Part shown: in pieces, positions 9,143 through 19,103 of the stretch
Layout: every line of letters begins with the position of its first letter
How positions within the stretch are numbered: the stretch's first letter is position 1
NCBI GenBank assembly: GCA_041572575.1
Contig: JBFFSH010000021.1
Span: 1-39,401, forward strand
Reading direction: 5' to 3'
Length of the DNA stretch: 39,401 nucleotides
DNA from: Thermodesulfobacteriota bacterium
GTDB lineage: Bacteria; Desulfobacterota_D; UBA1144; Nemesobacterales; N074bin48
Translations under genes and position numbers: made by a program
Notes under the pieces: generated by a model
What the model saw: only the letters and a program-made list of their open reading frames with translations
The model's database searches: none
What the model was told of the DNA's origin: nothing

Positions 9143-10900
9143 ATGAAGTTAAAAAATAGCTTATTAGTCATATCTCTTATAATATTTATTTCTTCCATTA
9201 TCGTCTACTTACCTTCTCTTAAAAATGATTTTGTTTGGGATGATGAAGAAGTAATTGAGAATAGCCATTTTACATTCAAAGCTTCTTCTATAAAAGACAT
9301 CCTTATACCTAAACAAAATGTAGATAAAAAATCTAAATACTACAGACCACTTCATTACTCATCAATCGTATTTGATAAAACGGTTTGGGGTATAAACAGT
9401 TTTGGGTTTCACTTAACAAATATATTAATCCATGCTCTAAACTCCCTTCTTGTATTTTATCTTTTTAGACTTGTACTAAAAGAGTTCAAAATTAAAGATC
9501 CTGAAATAAATGCATTTGTGGGTTCATTATTTTTTATCTTACACCCTATTCATACAGAATCAGTCTCGTGGGTTGCAGGAAGAACCGATACGCTCTGTAC
9601 AGTCTTTTTTCTAGCAGCATTTATTTTTCATATTAAAATACAAAAGCGCAGAATATTCATTACTATTGCTCTATTTACTTACTTTCTCTCACTTCTTTCA
9701 AAAGAACTCGCTATAGCGTTTCCACTAGTAATTTTATGTTTTGAATATCTTACAAATAATCTTAAACGTAAAAACATTTTAGTTTATTGCAGCTATTTTA
9801 TAATCACGCTTATATATCTGTATCTACGGGGAAGGGCGTTTGTAAATATCCCTGAAGTTGAATATATAAGTAAAAATGCAGCAGATAACACTTCTTTGCT
9901 GATTTATTTTGAACCAATAAAAATACTTTTTAATTCCTACTTTTTTTATATTTATAAACTCTTATTTCCATTTGAGTTAAATGCTTTCATATCCTCAGTA
10001 CCTGTAGATACATTTTATACTCTAAGCTCTTTTGTAACAATTACACTTATTACAATTCTTGTGTTCTATTACGGGATCAAAAAACACAGTTTATTGCTTT
10101 TTTCATTTCTGTTCTTTGTTTTAACTTTGGGACCATCTGCAACTGTTGCACTCTCAAATATTGCTGCCACACCTCTTGCCGAAAGATACCTCTACCTGCC
10201 ATCGGTAGGTTTTATCTTCATACTTGTGTATTTAATAAATCAATTGAAAGTACGGTTGAAAGGAAACCTCAACATAATAATTATTAGCCTGCTTTCAGTA
10301 TTTTACCTTTTTATTTGTATAGACAGACAAGCAATCTGGAAAAATAGTCTAACACTTTGGCAGGATACATCTAAAAAATCCTATACAAGCCCTATAGTGC
10401 ATACAAACTATGGCTCTGCTCTACTTGAAGCAGGGATGTATGAAAAAGCTATAACTGAGTTATATATTGCCCTTTCCCCGGAGTTTAATGATACAAACAG
10501 GGGCAGAGCTGTGACATCAATAAACCTAGGGAACACATATATTGCCCTGGAAAATTACCCTTTAGCTGAAAAATGGTTTATAGAAGCTAATAGATATGAC
10601 CCTCATTACGGGAGGACCTACTACCAACTGGGACTAATTAACTATATAAAAGCGGAGACAACCGGTAATAAAGTATATTATAAAACAGCTGAAAAACATC
10701 TTATAGAAACCTTTAAATATTACTACTCATACAGTAAAGCACATCTTCTTCTCTCCAATGTATATTTAGGTCTTGGTGATAAAGAAAAGGCTAAGAAACA
10801 GGCAGAAATTGCCCTTAATATTGGTCTTCCTGGTGAGCTATCTAAAAAGGCTGAGTATATCATCAAAATAGACAATAACGGCCGAGGCAAAAATCCATAA
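9143..10900 (+). CDS. TMTC-like GT-C membrane glycosyltransferase with C-terminal TPR repeats
   Basis: FVWDD, YYRPL, FHLTNILIH, HPIHTESVSWVAGR, SKE and AERYLYLPS motifs, many TM segments, TPR tail. Confidence 0.85.
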   Translation: MKLKNSLLVISLIIFISSIIVYLPSLKNDFVWDDEEVIENSHFTFKASSIKDILIPKQNVDKKSKYYRPLHYSSIVFDKTVWGINSFGFHLTNILIHALNSLLVFYLFRLVLKEFKIKDPEINAFVGSLFFILHPIHTESVSWVAGRTDTLCTVFFLAAFIFHIKIQKRRIFITIALFTYFLSLLSKELAIAFPLVILCFEYLTNNLKRKNILVYCSYFIITLIYLYLRGRAFVNIPEVEYISKNAADNTSLLIYFEPIKILFNSYFFYIYKLLFPFELNAFISSVPVDTFYTLSSFVTITLITILVFYYGIKKHSLLLFSFLFFVLTLGPSATVALSNIAATPLAERYLYLPSVGFIFILVYLINQLKVRLKGNLNIIIISLLSVFYLFICIDRQAIWKNSLTLWQDTSKKSYTSPIVHTNYGSALLEAGMYEKAITELYIALSPEFNDTNRGRAVTSINLGNTYIALENYPLAEKWFIEANRYDPHYGRTYYQLGLINYIKAETTGNKVYYKTAEKHLIETFKYYYSYSKAHLLLSNVYLGLGDKEKAKKQAEIALNIGLPGELSKKAEYIIKIDNNGRGKNP

Positions 10901-11716
10901 AAATACAGCAACAAAAAGAGCTTTATCCTTAATAAATGCGTCCGTGGGGTCTGCTCCGTTTTCTCTTTGCACGATGTGTAGATATCTAAGTATACCGTAA
11001 CAGGCAAAAGGTACGCTGATTAAAAACTGTTTTTTACCGATCTCTACAGCATATATGGAAAAAGTAACAATAGATGTAGTAGCAAAAATAATAATTCCGG
11101 CATCCAAAAACCTCTCTGTATAATGCTCCAGTACTTTTCTAAAGGGTTTTGAATTTTTTGAAACCAAAGAGAGCTCAAACCTCCTTTTTCCAAATGCAAG
11201 AAGTACTGATACCAAAAAGGTAGTAAGAAGAAGCCAGCTGGATACCTCTGTGTTTGATGCATAACCACCGGCCAGGATTCTAAGGACAAAACCTGCTGCT
11301 ATGGTAAATGTATCAAGTATGACAATGTACTGAAGGAATAGTGAATAAGCCAGACCCATTAGCAGATAAAGTGCCAACACCAGTAGAAAACTTGTATCAA
11401 AATACATCGCAATAATTACCGAAGACGAAAAACAAAAAATGAGTATTAAAACTGCTAGATATATACTGATCCTTCCTGATGCTATTGGTCTGTTCTTTTT
11501 AGTAGGATGCTCTCGGTCTTTATTTATATCATTTATGTCATTAATTATGTAAGTGGAAGAGGAAATTAGTGAAAAACTAAAAAAAGCCAAAATCATCTCA
11601 ATAAATACATTAATATTATTGAAAAAAATTCCTGCAAAAAAAGGAGGGGCGAATATTAGAAGATTTTTGACCCATTGATGAACTCTTAGAAGAGAAAGAA
11701 TATCCCACAATTTCAT
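10838..11716 (-). CDS. UbiA-family decaprenyl-phosphate phosphoribosyltransferase-like protein
   Basis: RVHQWVKN, YIINDI.D...DREHPTK.NRPIASG, GFVLR, KRR.E. Confidence 0.88.
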   Translation of the reverse strand: MKLWDILSLLRVHQWVKNLLIFAPPFFAGIFFNNINVFIEMILAFFSFSLISSSTYIINDINDINKDREHPTKKNRPIASGRISIYLAVLILIFCFSSSVIIAMYFDTSFLLVLALYLLMGLAYSLFLQYIVILDTFTIAAGFVLRILAGGYASNTEVSSWLLLTTFLVSVLLAFGKRRFELSLVSKNSKPFRKVLEHYTERFLDAGIIIFATTSIVTFSIYAVEIGKKQFLISVPFACYGILRYLHIVQRENGADPTDAFIKDKALFVAVFLWIFASAVIVYFDDILSLFR

Positions 11717-12203
11717 AAGACTAACCTATTGACTTCTCATTTATAATGCAAAATGATGAAAAAAGCAACTATTGTTAAATCTCATTTATGTATATTATTA
11801 AGCTAGTAAATTTAGTACATAAATTTAATACTTAAAATATTTAAATTATTCATAACCGGAATAAGAGAAAATCAGTGAGATAATATATTTAAAAACAAAT
11901 TTAATAACAATCAAAAATATTCTTTATAGGTTAAAATCACAACCAAAAACAACACTTATTTAATGTAAAAAATTAACAAACATGATACATAACCTAAACT
12001 TTCATTCTCTAAGTAGCCTCACTTATTACAATTACGATAAACATAGCATATTTAATAAGCTGATAGTTTGAATAATAAATAAGAAATATATATTAATCTC
12101 AATAATATAATATATATAGTGTGATAATATACCAAGCATCTGTTTGATATAACTGATAGTTTTGTTTATAAGTCATACTAAATACTCGACTTAAAAAAGT
12201 TTC

Positions 12204-12233
12204 TTGACAACGGTTTTTCGAATCTGTTACGAT
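12204..12233 (+). promoter_or_regulatory. Putative sigma70 promoter of dnaA
   Basis: TTGACA (12204-12209), 18-bp spacer, extended -10 TGt-TACGAT (12225-12233). Confidence 0.55.
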
Positions 12234-12360
12234 TAAGTTCTATCTTTTACGGGGTGTTATAATTTATGCAGTTTTCATTTAAGAATTCTTTACTGTGTAA
12301 AATGGAGTTAAGAAATAGTTGAGGGGTTTTACAGATACCGTTTTATCTTGAGGAGGAGTA

Positions 12361-13824
12361 GTGCAAAAAAAGCTAGAAGCCAAGGCTGATTCTGATTTAA
12401 TATCAGGTACCAACACCGAAAATTACACCAATCATTTATCAAGCGTTCACGAACACTCCGAGCAAGCTGTAGACTGGGAACAGGTTCTTGAAACCATAAG
12501 AAAGAAGTCCAATCCACAGGTGTTTTTTTGGTTTTCTCCTTTAAAAGTAGTCACACAAAACTCAAAACAGCTAATCCTAAAAGCGAACAGCAGCTTCGAC
12601 AAAGACTGGATAAATAATCATTACATGGATTTCATAGTAGATAGCATAAGGGAGATATATCATAACGATATAGAAGTAAAGATCATATGTGAATCGGAGC
12701 AAGCAGAATCTGCTAAAGCTGCTGATAATTTTAAATCTAGGAACAAATCAATAGATGATATTGCATTACCAAAAAACACTTTTTTTACAAGATCTCTCAA
12801 TCCAAACTACTCATTTGAAAATTTTATTGTAGGACCAAGCAACCAGTTTGCCCATGCAGCGTCTCTTGCTGTAGCGCGAAAACCAGGACAGTCATATAAT
12901 CCGCTTTTTATATACGGCGGTGTTGGACTTGGAAAAACACATCTGCTAAATGCAGTAGGAAACTTCATCTCGGCAGCTTCTTCAAATCACTCAAGAGTGT
13001 GCAGTATATCTGCCGAGCAGTTTACAAATGAGGTTATAAACAGTATCAAATCAAACAAGATGGAAGAATTTAGAAATAAATACAGGTATGGCTGTGATGT
13101 TTTACTAATAGACGATGTACAGTTTATTGCAGGAAAAGAAAGCACACAGGAAGAATTTTTCCACACATTCAACACACTCTACGAATCTAAAAAACAGATA
13201 ATTCTTACAAGTGACAAATCCCCAAGAGATATGTCTTATCTTGAAGAACGACTGCGCTCCAGGTTCCAGTGGGGTCTTATAACCGACATCCAGCCCCCTG
13301 AAACAGAAACAAGAATAGCTATTTTGAAGAAAAAAGCAGAGTCTGAACAGGTCTCCCTGCCCGATGAAGTAGCAAATTTTCTTGCTCAGAACATCATTTC
13401 TAATGTAAGGGAGCTTGAAGGAACACTTACAAATATAATTGGCTACGCCAAACTGCTAAACTCACAAATTTCTATTGATCTTGCAAAAGAGGTGCTTAAA
13501 AACATCCTTAAAAACGATGACAGAAAAGTATTAAGTATTGAATCCATACAAAAAGAGGTTTCAAATTACTTTGGAATTAAAACCAATGATCTAAAGTCTA
13601 ATAAAAAACAAAAAAATATTGCCTTTCCAAGGCAAATTTCAATGTACCTTGTAAGAAGGTACACGGGTGCATCTTTTCCTGAGATCGGGGAGAAGTTCGG
13701 AGGTAAGGATCATTCCACTGTAATACATGCTGTAAACAAAATTGAAAGACTGCTCAAAGACGACCTGTCTGTGAAAAACACCATAAATTCTCTATCCAGA
13801 ACTATGGAGTCTTTAAGGGGTTGA
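12361..13824 (+). CDS. dnaA: Chromosomal replication initiator DnaA
   Basis: YNPLFIYGGVGLGKTHL, LLIDDVQF, QEEFFHTFN, RLRSRF.WG, NVRELEG, GGKDHSTV.HA; GAGGAGGAG RBS before the GTG start. Confidence 0.98.
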   Translation: MQKKLEAKADSDLISGTNTENYTNHLSSVHEHSEQAVDWEQVLETIRKKSNPQVFFWFSPLKVVTQNSKQLILKANSSFDKDWINNHYMDFIVDSIREIYHNDIEVKIICESEQAESAKAADNFKSRNKSIDDIALPKNTFFTRSLNPNYSFENFIVGPSNQFAHAASLAVARKPGQSYNPLFIYGGVGLGKTHLLNAVGNFISAASSNHSRVCSISAEQFTNEVINSIKSNKMEEFRNKYRYGCDVLLIDDVQFIAGKESTQEEFFHTFNTLYESKKQIILTSDKSPRDMSYLEERLRSRFQWGLITDIQPPETETRIAILKKKAESEQVSLPDEVANFLAQNIISNVRELEGTLTNIIGYAKLLNSQISIDLAKEVLKNILKNDDRKVLSIESIQKEVSNYFGIKTNDLKSNKKQKNIAFPRQISMYLVRRYTGASFPEIGEKFGGKDHSTVIHAVNKIERLLKDDLSVKNTINSLSRTMESLRG

Positions 13825-14035
13825 TATTATGTGGATAAAATGTTAATTAACAACTAAGTTGTTTTGAATATGGGATTGCCTGTATATAGATGTTTATAAA
13901 GTAAAGTATTTATCAACAGTTTAGTAACAATAAAATGTGTGTAATTAGAATAGCTTATAGTACTAATAAACAATTTCACAGTGCCTGTTACTACTACTTC
14001 TATAATTAAACTATATATATATATATAATAATTAG
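13825..14035. other. Chromosomal replication origin oriC (dnaA-dnaN intergenic)
   Basis: Perfect DnaA box TGTGGATAA at 13830-13838; degenerate boxes at 13891, 13910 and 13936; tandem boxes TAATAAACA-ATTTCACA (13964-13980); GTGCC; DnaA-trio-like TACTACTACTTCTA; then a (TA)n tract. Confidence 0.85.
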
Positions 14036-14046
14036 GAGTGTAAATA

Positions 14047-15153
14047 ATGAAGTTTGTATGTGATGCATCGAGTTTATCTGAAAAATTATCAATAGTGCAG
14101 GGAATCTCCGAAAGAAGAATAACTATGCCTATTCTTTCACACGTGCTTATTAGTTCAAATGAAAACAATATAACAGTAACGGCTACAGACCTAGAAAACA
14201 CCTTACAAACTGAGTGCAGTGCCATTGTACAAGCAAGCGGTAAAATTGCACTTCCTTCAAAAAAACTGTTTGAAATAATAAGAGAAATTCACAGCGGAGA
14301 TATTGAAATTGAAGAGCTTGATAATAACTGGGTACAGATACAAAGCTCAGGAGTAAACTTCAAACTTGCAGGACTTCCAGCAGCAGACTTCCCGTCTCTG
14401 CCAGTACAACAACTCCAAAATCAGGCAGATGTACAGGCTGCAATGCTCGATGATATGATAGCAAAAACTTTTTTTGCAGTTTCAGCAGATGACCTGAGAC
14501 GAAACCTTGCGGGTCTTTACTTAGAGCCGCTGGATGGCGGGATGCTAAGAATTATAGGAACAGACGGGCACAGGTTATCATACATAGAAAAGAAGTTCGA
14601 AAGCTCGCTGGGGTTTAATACTGGAATAATACTTCCAAGAAAAGGAGTTTCAGAGCTTAGAAAGATTTTAAAAAACACAGACAGTGGGCAAGTAAAACTT
14701 ACAGTAATGAACAATTTTTTTATTGCAGAGTCTAAGGACATAACTCTGTTTTCAAGGCTTATAGAGCTTGAATACCCTGATTATAAACAGGTTGTACCAG
14801 AAGTATCAAAATATTCATTTGTAGTAAACAGGGAAACACTTAAGACTGCGGTAAGAAGGGTATCGGTGCTTTCTTCGGAAAAAACGAAGAGCATAAAAAT
14901 GAACATAGGACCTTCAAACTTACAGCTACTTTCTGTAACCCCGGAGCTTGGGGAAGCAAAAGAGCAAATAGAGGTGCAATACTCAGACGAACCGGTAGAA
15001 CTTGGGTTTAATTCTGTATATATCATGGATGTGCTTGATGCAATAGACTCTGAGCAGGTAGAAATAGAAATTACAGATGAATTAAGCCCGGCGCTTATTA
15101 GACCCGGCGGAGATCAGAACTATGTTTCAGTTATAATGCCAATGAGGGTTTAA
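14047..15153 (+). CDS. dnaN: DNA polymerase III beta sliding clamp
   Basis: ATDLE, GTDGHRLS, YPDY..V.P, GFN..Y..D.L, VIMPMRV. Confidence 0.97.
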   Translation: MKFVCDASSLSEKLSIVQGISERRITMPILSHVLISSNENNITVTATDLENTLQTECSAIVQASGKIALPSKKLFEIIREIHSGDIEIEELDNNWVQIQSSGVNFKLAGLPAADFPSLPVQQLQNQADVQAAMLDDMIAKTFFAVSADDLRRNLAGLYLEPLDGGMLRIIGTDGHRLSYIEKKFESSLGFNTGIILPRKGVSELRKILKNTDSGQVKLTVMNNFFIAESKDITLFSRLIELEYPDYKQVVPEVSKYSFVVNRETLKTAVRRVSVLSSEKTKSIKMNIGPSNLQLLSVTPELGEAKEQIEVQYSDEPVELGFNSVYIMDVLDAIDSEQVEIEITDELSPALIRPGGDQNYVSVIMPMRV

Positions 15154-15184
15154 CCTTTCTATAACAATAACTTTCTAAGGTTCA

Positions 15185-15880
15185 ATGATAGACATACTGT
15201 TTCCTACACCATGTCTGCTATGTGGAAATGAACTAAAAAATAGTATAGTATGTAGCAGATGCTTTTCGTTATTCAATTTTATCAATAACACTGAAGTATG
15301 TGAAAAATGTGGGGTTCCATTTTCAGGATTTAACGAAAAAAGTGCAAGACTTTGCGGCGGATGTATAGAAAATAAAGACAGTATGTTAGCAGTAAGGTCA
15401 GTCCTGCTTTATAAAGATAATTTAAAAGAGCTATTGCACAGTTATAAATATGGTTCTAAACTGTTTTTAGCGGATTATTTTTCAGATTTGATCGCAAGTA
15501 GATTTCCTTTTGATCAGGGTGGTATAGATATAGTTGTACCTGTACCATTATATATCAAGAGATTAAGAGAAAGGGGTTATAATCAGACTGTTCTAATTGC
15601 AAGGGGTTTATCTAAAAAACTGGGACTAAGTATCAATCTGTTTAGTCTTAAGAAGATAAGGGATACCAAACCTCAGGTGGAGATGAAAGATTTTAAGAAA
15701 AGAGAGCAGAATGTTAAAAATTCATTCCAGGTCATCGATGAAAAAATATTTAGCGGCAAATCCGTACTGTTAGTAGATGATGTGTATACAAGTGGCTCTA
15801 CCATTAGAGAATGTTCAAAACAATTATTAAAAAGCGGAGCAAAATGCGTACTTGGACTAACTATTGCCAGAGCTATATAG
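15185..15880 (+). CDS. comF: ComF-family double zinc-ribbon/phosphoribosyltransferase protein
   Basis: CxxC pairs, VPVPL...R.RERGYNQ, LLVDDVYTSGST. Confidence 0.9.
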   Translation: MIDILFPTPCLLCGNELKNSIVCSRCFSLFNFINNTEVCEKCGVPFSGFNEKSARLCGGCIENKDSMLAVRSVLLYKDNLKELLHSYKYGSKLFLADYFSDLIASRFPFDQGGIDIVVPVPLYIKRLRERGYNQTVLIARGLSKKLGLSINLFSLKKIRDTKPQVEMKDFKKREQNVKNSFQVIDEKIFSGKSVLLVDDVYTSGSTIRECSKQLLKSGAKCVLGLTIARAI

Positions 15881-15950
15881 ATTTTAAATAAATTGACTTT
15901 GAAAGATCGTTACATTATTTTATCTAGTTTTTAAGGAAACTACTTAATAA

Positions 15951-17444
15951 ATGATAGGAAAATTTATAGGTGTTGATCTAGATAGCTCAAAAATAAGGCT
16001 TTGTATAATTAAACGAGGTTTTAGAACAACTGAGCTCATCAGTTTTAAAGATATTGAAATACCGCCCGGTGGTGGCTCGGTATCCGAATTGCTCTCTTAT
16101 CATCTTAAAAACGAAGCAATATCAACAGACATCGCTACCTCCGTCCCCAGCAGCCCAGTATCTATGAGAATACTTAACTTTCCATTTTCTGATATAAAAA
16201 AAATAGATCAGGTTTATAACTTTGAACTAGAAAATGCATCTTCTCTGCAAACAGAAGATAACATGAATTCATACCACATTGTAAAGAACAAAGATGGCGG
16301 AGCCGATGTGCTAGTTTGTATGTTTAAAACTGAAGAAATTGCAGATACGCTATCCATATTTGAACAGGCACAGTTAAATCCAAGAGTATTGACATACTCA
16401 CCCTTTGCCCTCGACGCAGTATCCGAGCAGCTTGAATCAAGCAGGCCACTTGTGGTTGTTAGCATTGGACAGGTTGCAACGAATTTTACTCTTATTACAG
16501 ATAACGGGGTTAGCAGAGTAAGATCATCTTCAGCTGCTCTTGAGTCAATAATAAACAAGTACTCAGAGCTTAGCGGAGAGGATCACAGTACATCTGCACA
16601 CAAAGTAATGGCAGGATTCAGAGGGCAGGATGATAAGGTATTAAAACAGGCGTTCTCTTATTTATTTAGCGAAATAAAAAAGACCATTAAGTTTTTTGAA
16701 TTTGATTCCAAAAGAGAAATTCAAAAAGTACTTTTAGCAGGTGATGCCTCAATAATCCCAGGTGTAATAGATCAGATAAAACTCGATATTAACAAGGATA
16801 TTAGTGTTGTTCGCTTTGCGGATATGAGCAAAGAAAAGTCGGCTGTGTACCTTAACAGCTACGCACTTGCTCTTTATGGAAGCGATACAATGGCAGGAAA
16901 ACTAAACTACAGAAAAGATGAATTCAAGTTTACATCCAAGGATGAGGAAACAAGAAAGGCGCTTTATATACCGGCTCTTTTGCTGGCTGCTCTATTTGTA
17001 CTTGTGCTTGTAAGAAACAGCATTAATTACATAAGGGTAAACAGCGAGTATAAAAAACTAAGCTCACAGATAGAAAAAAGTGTAAAAGAAGTGTTCCCAG
17101 AGGTTAAGGTAATACCACGCCCGGTGGACTTTATGCAAAATCAGGTAACAAGAGTAAACAGTGAGCTTGATCTAATTGCAGGTATTAAGTCTGGCAAAAC
17201 CCCGCTTGATATCATGAGAACTCTTTCTACAACGATCCCTATTAGTAGTTCGGTTACATTTGATGAACTTAATTTTACTGACGATAAAAGTTTAAGGCTC
17301 AAGGGAAAAAGTAAGTCCTATGATGATATTGCAAAAGTAGAAAAAGCACTAAACGACTCAGGGCATTTTGAAAATGTAGTTAGAAGTTCAGCGGGCTCTG
17401 CGCTTGATAAAATTAAATTTGAAATATCACTGGAAATAAAATAA
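15951..17444 (+). CDS. gspL: Type II secretion GspL/PilM-PilN-like protein
   Basis: Actin-like N-terminus (IGVDLDS; FPF.D.KKI.QV..FELE), one TM segment, PilN-like C-terminus; followed by M- and N-like genes. Confidence 0.7.
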   Translation: MIGKFIGVDLDSSKIRLCIIKRGFRTTELISFKDIEIPPGGGSVSELLSYHLKNEAISTDIATSVPSSPVSMRILNFPFSDIKKIDQVYNFELENASSLQTEDNMNSYHIVKNKDGGADVLVCMFKTEEIADTLSIFEQAQLNPRVLTYSPFALDAVSEQLESSRPLVVVSIGQVATNFTLITDNGVSRVRSSSAALESIINKYSELSGEDHSTSAHKVMAGFRGQDDKVLKQAFSYLFSEIKKTIKFFEFDSKREIQKVLLAGDASIIPGVIDQIKLDINKDISVVRFADMSKEKSAVYLNSYALALYGSDTMAGKLNYRKDEFKFTSKDEETRKALYIPALLLAALFVLVLVRNSINYIRVNSEYKKLSSQIEKSVKEVFPEVKVIPRPVDFMQNQVTRVNSELDLIAGIKSGKTPLDIMRTLSTTIPISSSVTFDELNFTDDKSLRLKGKSKSYDDIAKVEKALNDSGHFENVVRSSAGSALDKIKFEISLEIK

Positions 17445-18043
17445 TGGATTTTTCTAAGATAAAAGAACTATTTGCCGGGATTAGGGAAAGTATAGAAAGT
17501 AATATAAATATAAGTGAATTAACAGAGCGTGACAGGTATATTATATACGGGGTAGCCGGGTTTCTAGCAGTAATAATTATCTATCTAGCCGTATTTTCAT
17601 TTAGCTCTAAAGTTAGTAATTTGGAAAAAAGAGTACTCACATTAGAAACTGATCTACAAAGAGTAGCCGATCTCAAGTCAGAGTATATTGAATCGAGCAG
17701 GCAGCTTAAAAATCTTGTAAAATCAGGTAGTAAACAAACAGGCCCGTTAATTTCAGTAGTTGAAAAGGTATTGTTGAGTGAAAGCGTTGAGAGAAAGAAC
17801 TTTTCTATAAAGGACAGAAACCAGCGGAGCAAGGATGCTGAAGACATATATAACGAAAAGAGTGTTGAGGTACAAATTAAACAGATCCCTCTTGGAAAGA
17901 TGATAGATATCCTTTATGCGTTTCAGTCGAAAAATACGAATTTAAAGGTAAAGGGATTGAGAATAAGAACACGATTTGATAACAGTAACTCAGTAGATAT
18001 TTATTTTATGGTATCTACTTTTGAATTTAAGGAAGTAAGCTAA
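17444..18043 (+). CDS. gspM: Type II secretion GspM-like protein
   Basis: 'LTERDR' before a TM segment, coiled coil, 'EKSVEVQI..I.L..MIDILY' ferredoxin-like C-terminus. Confidence 0.7.
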   Translation: MDFSKIKELFAGIRESIESNINISELTERDRYIIYGVAGFLAVIIIYLAVFSFSSKVSNLEKRVLTLETDLQRVADLKSEYIESSRQLKNLVKSGSKQTGPLISVVEKVLLSESVERKNFSIKDRNQRSKDAEDIYNEKSVEVQIKQIPLGKMIDILYAFQSKNTNLKVKGLRIRTRFDNSNSVDIYFMVSTFEFKEVS

Positions 18044-18045
18044 AA

Positions 18046-18969
18046 ATGTCTATTTTAAAAAACAAAAAATTGTTGTTTGTACTTACATTCATATTTGTAT
18101 TTATATGTTTTTTCTATATTCAGTTTCCAAATGACAGACTCAAAAGAAGGCTAGAATTTGAAATTGAGAAAAATACTCAGTTCGATGCGCAGATTGATAA
18201 AATAAAAATTTTACCGCTACTAAAAATTCAAATAAATGGTCTTAAACTCAGTAGAAATGATCAGCAAATATTGATTTCCAAAGCTGTAATTAAGCCATCC
18301 ATACTATCTCTTCTTTCTAAAGACATAATCGTGAAGTATGACATTAATGTTTTTAAGGGAAGTGCTCAAGGTGATATTATTATCACAAAAGATTCCGGAC
18401 AATTACAATCCATGATTGTTAAAGTTGAGAGTTTAGACGTCGATGAGTTTACGCAAATCTACTCACACAGTGCAAAAGAGAACATAGAAATTAAGGGGCT
18501 ACTTAGCGGAAATATGAATCTTAGCTCAAATAACACAGGTGATTTTGATTTTTATATAGAAGATTTAGATATATTAAAGATTAAGATAAAAACATTTGAC
18601 CTTCCGCAGTTTACGGATTTAAGATCTAACCTTAAAGGACAGATATATAGAGACAGAACCATAATAAACGAGCTTAAATTTGATAATGAGGACATTACTC
18701 TTAAGCTTAAAGGATCAACGCCGCCTCTATGGAGACTTTCTAAGGGAAGCATTGACCTGCTTTACAGGGTCGATGTAAGAAGCAAGAAATATGCGCTTTT
18801 GAAAAGCTTTTTGAATAAAGATAATAAGGGAAATGTAGCAGGGAAGATAGTAGGAAGCTTACAAAAACCGCAGCTTAAAAATGTAAACGATTCAAATGCA
18901 CAACCAAAAAGGCAGCAGGGTCCCCGGTTCAGAAAGACCTTTAGCCCCAAGAAGCAGCAGGCTATCTAA
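18046..18969 (+). CDS. gspN: Type II secretion GspN-like protein
   Basis: N-terminal TM then 'FP.DRLK', beta-rich body, 'I.GSL.KP' near the C-terminus; synteny with gspLM. Confidence 0.65.
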   Translation: MSILKNKKLLFVLTFIFVFICFFYIQFPNDRLKRRLEFEIEKNTQFDAQIDKIKILPLLKIQINGLKLSRNDQQILISKAVIKPSILSLLSKDIIVKYDINVFKGSAQGDIIITKDSGQLQSMIVKVESLDVDEFTQIYSHSAKENIEIKGLLSGNMNLSSNNTGDFDFYIEDLDILKIKIKTFDLPQFTDLRSNLKGQIYRDRTIINELKFDNEDITLKLKGSTPPLWRLSKGSIDLLYRVDVRSKKYALLKSFLNKDNKGNVAGKIVGSLQKPQLKNVNDSNAQPKRQQGPRFRKTFSPKKQQAI

Positions 18970-19103
18970 ATACTTTATTTTGGCATAAAGAACACTTATA
19001 TAATTTTATCTTACCAAAAGATTCACCTATTAGATTTTATAGATTTGACTAATGATTTGTGTATAGCTATCATTGGTTTTACTTATCTTTATCCATTTTT
19101 GCT

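Noticed and set aside
13854..14225. 123-aa minus-strand ORF over oriC/dnaN, and the other short antisense or nested ORFs in the track
   Set aside because: Shadow ORFs overlapping well-supported genes, with no recognisable motifs.
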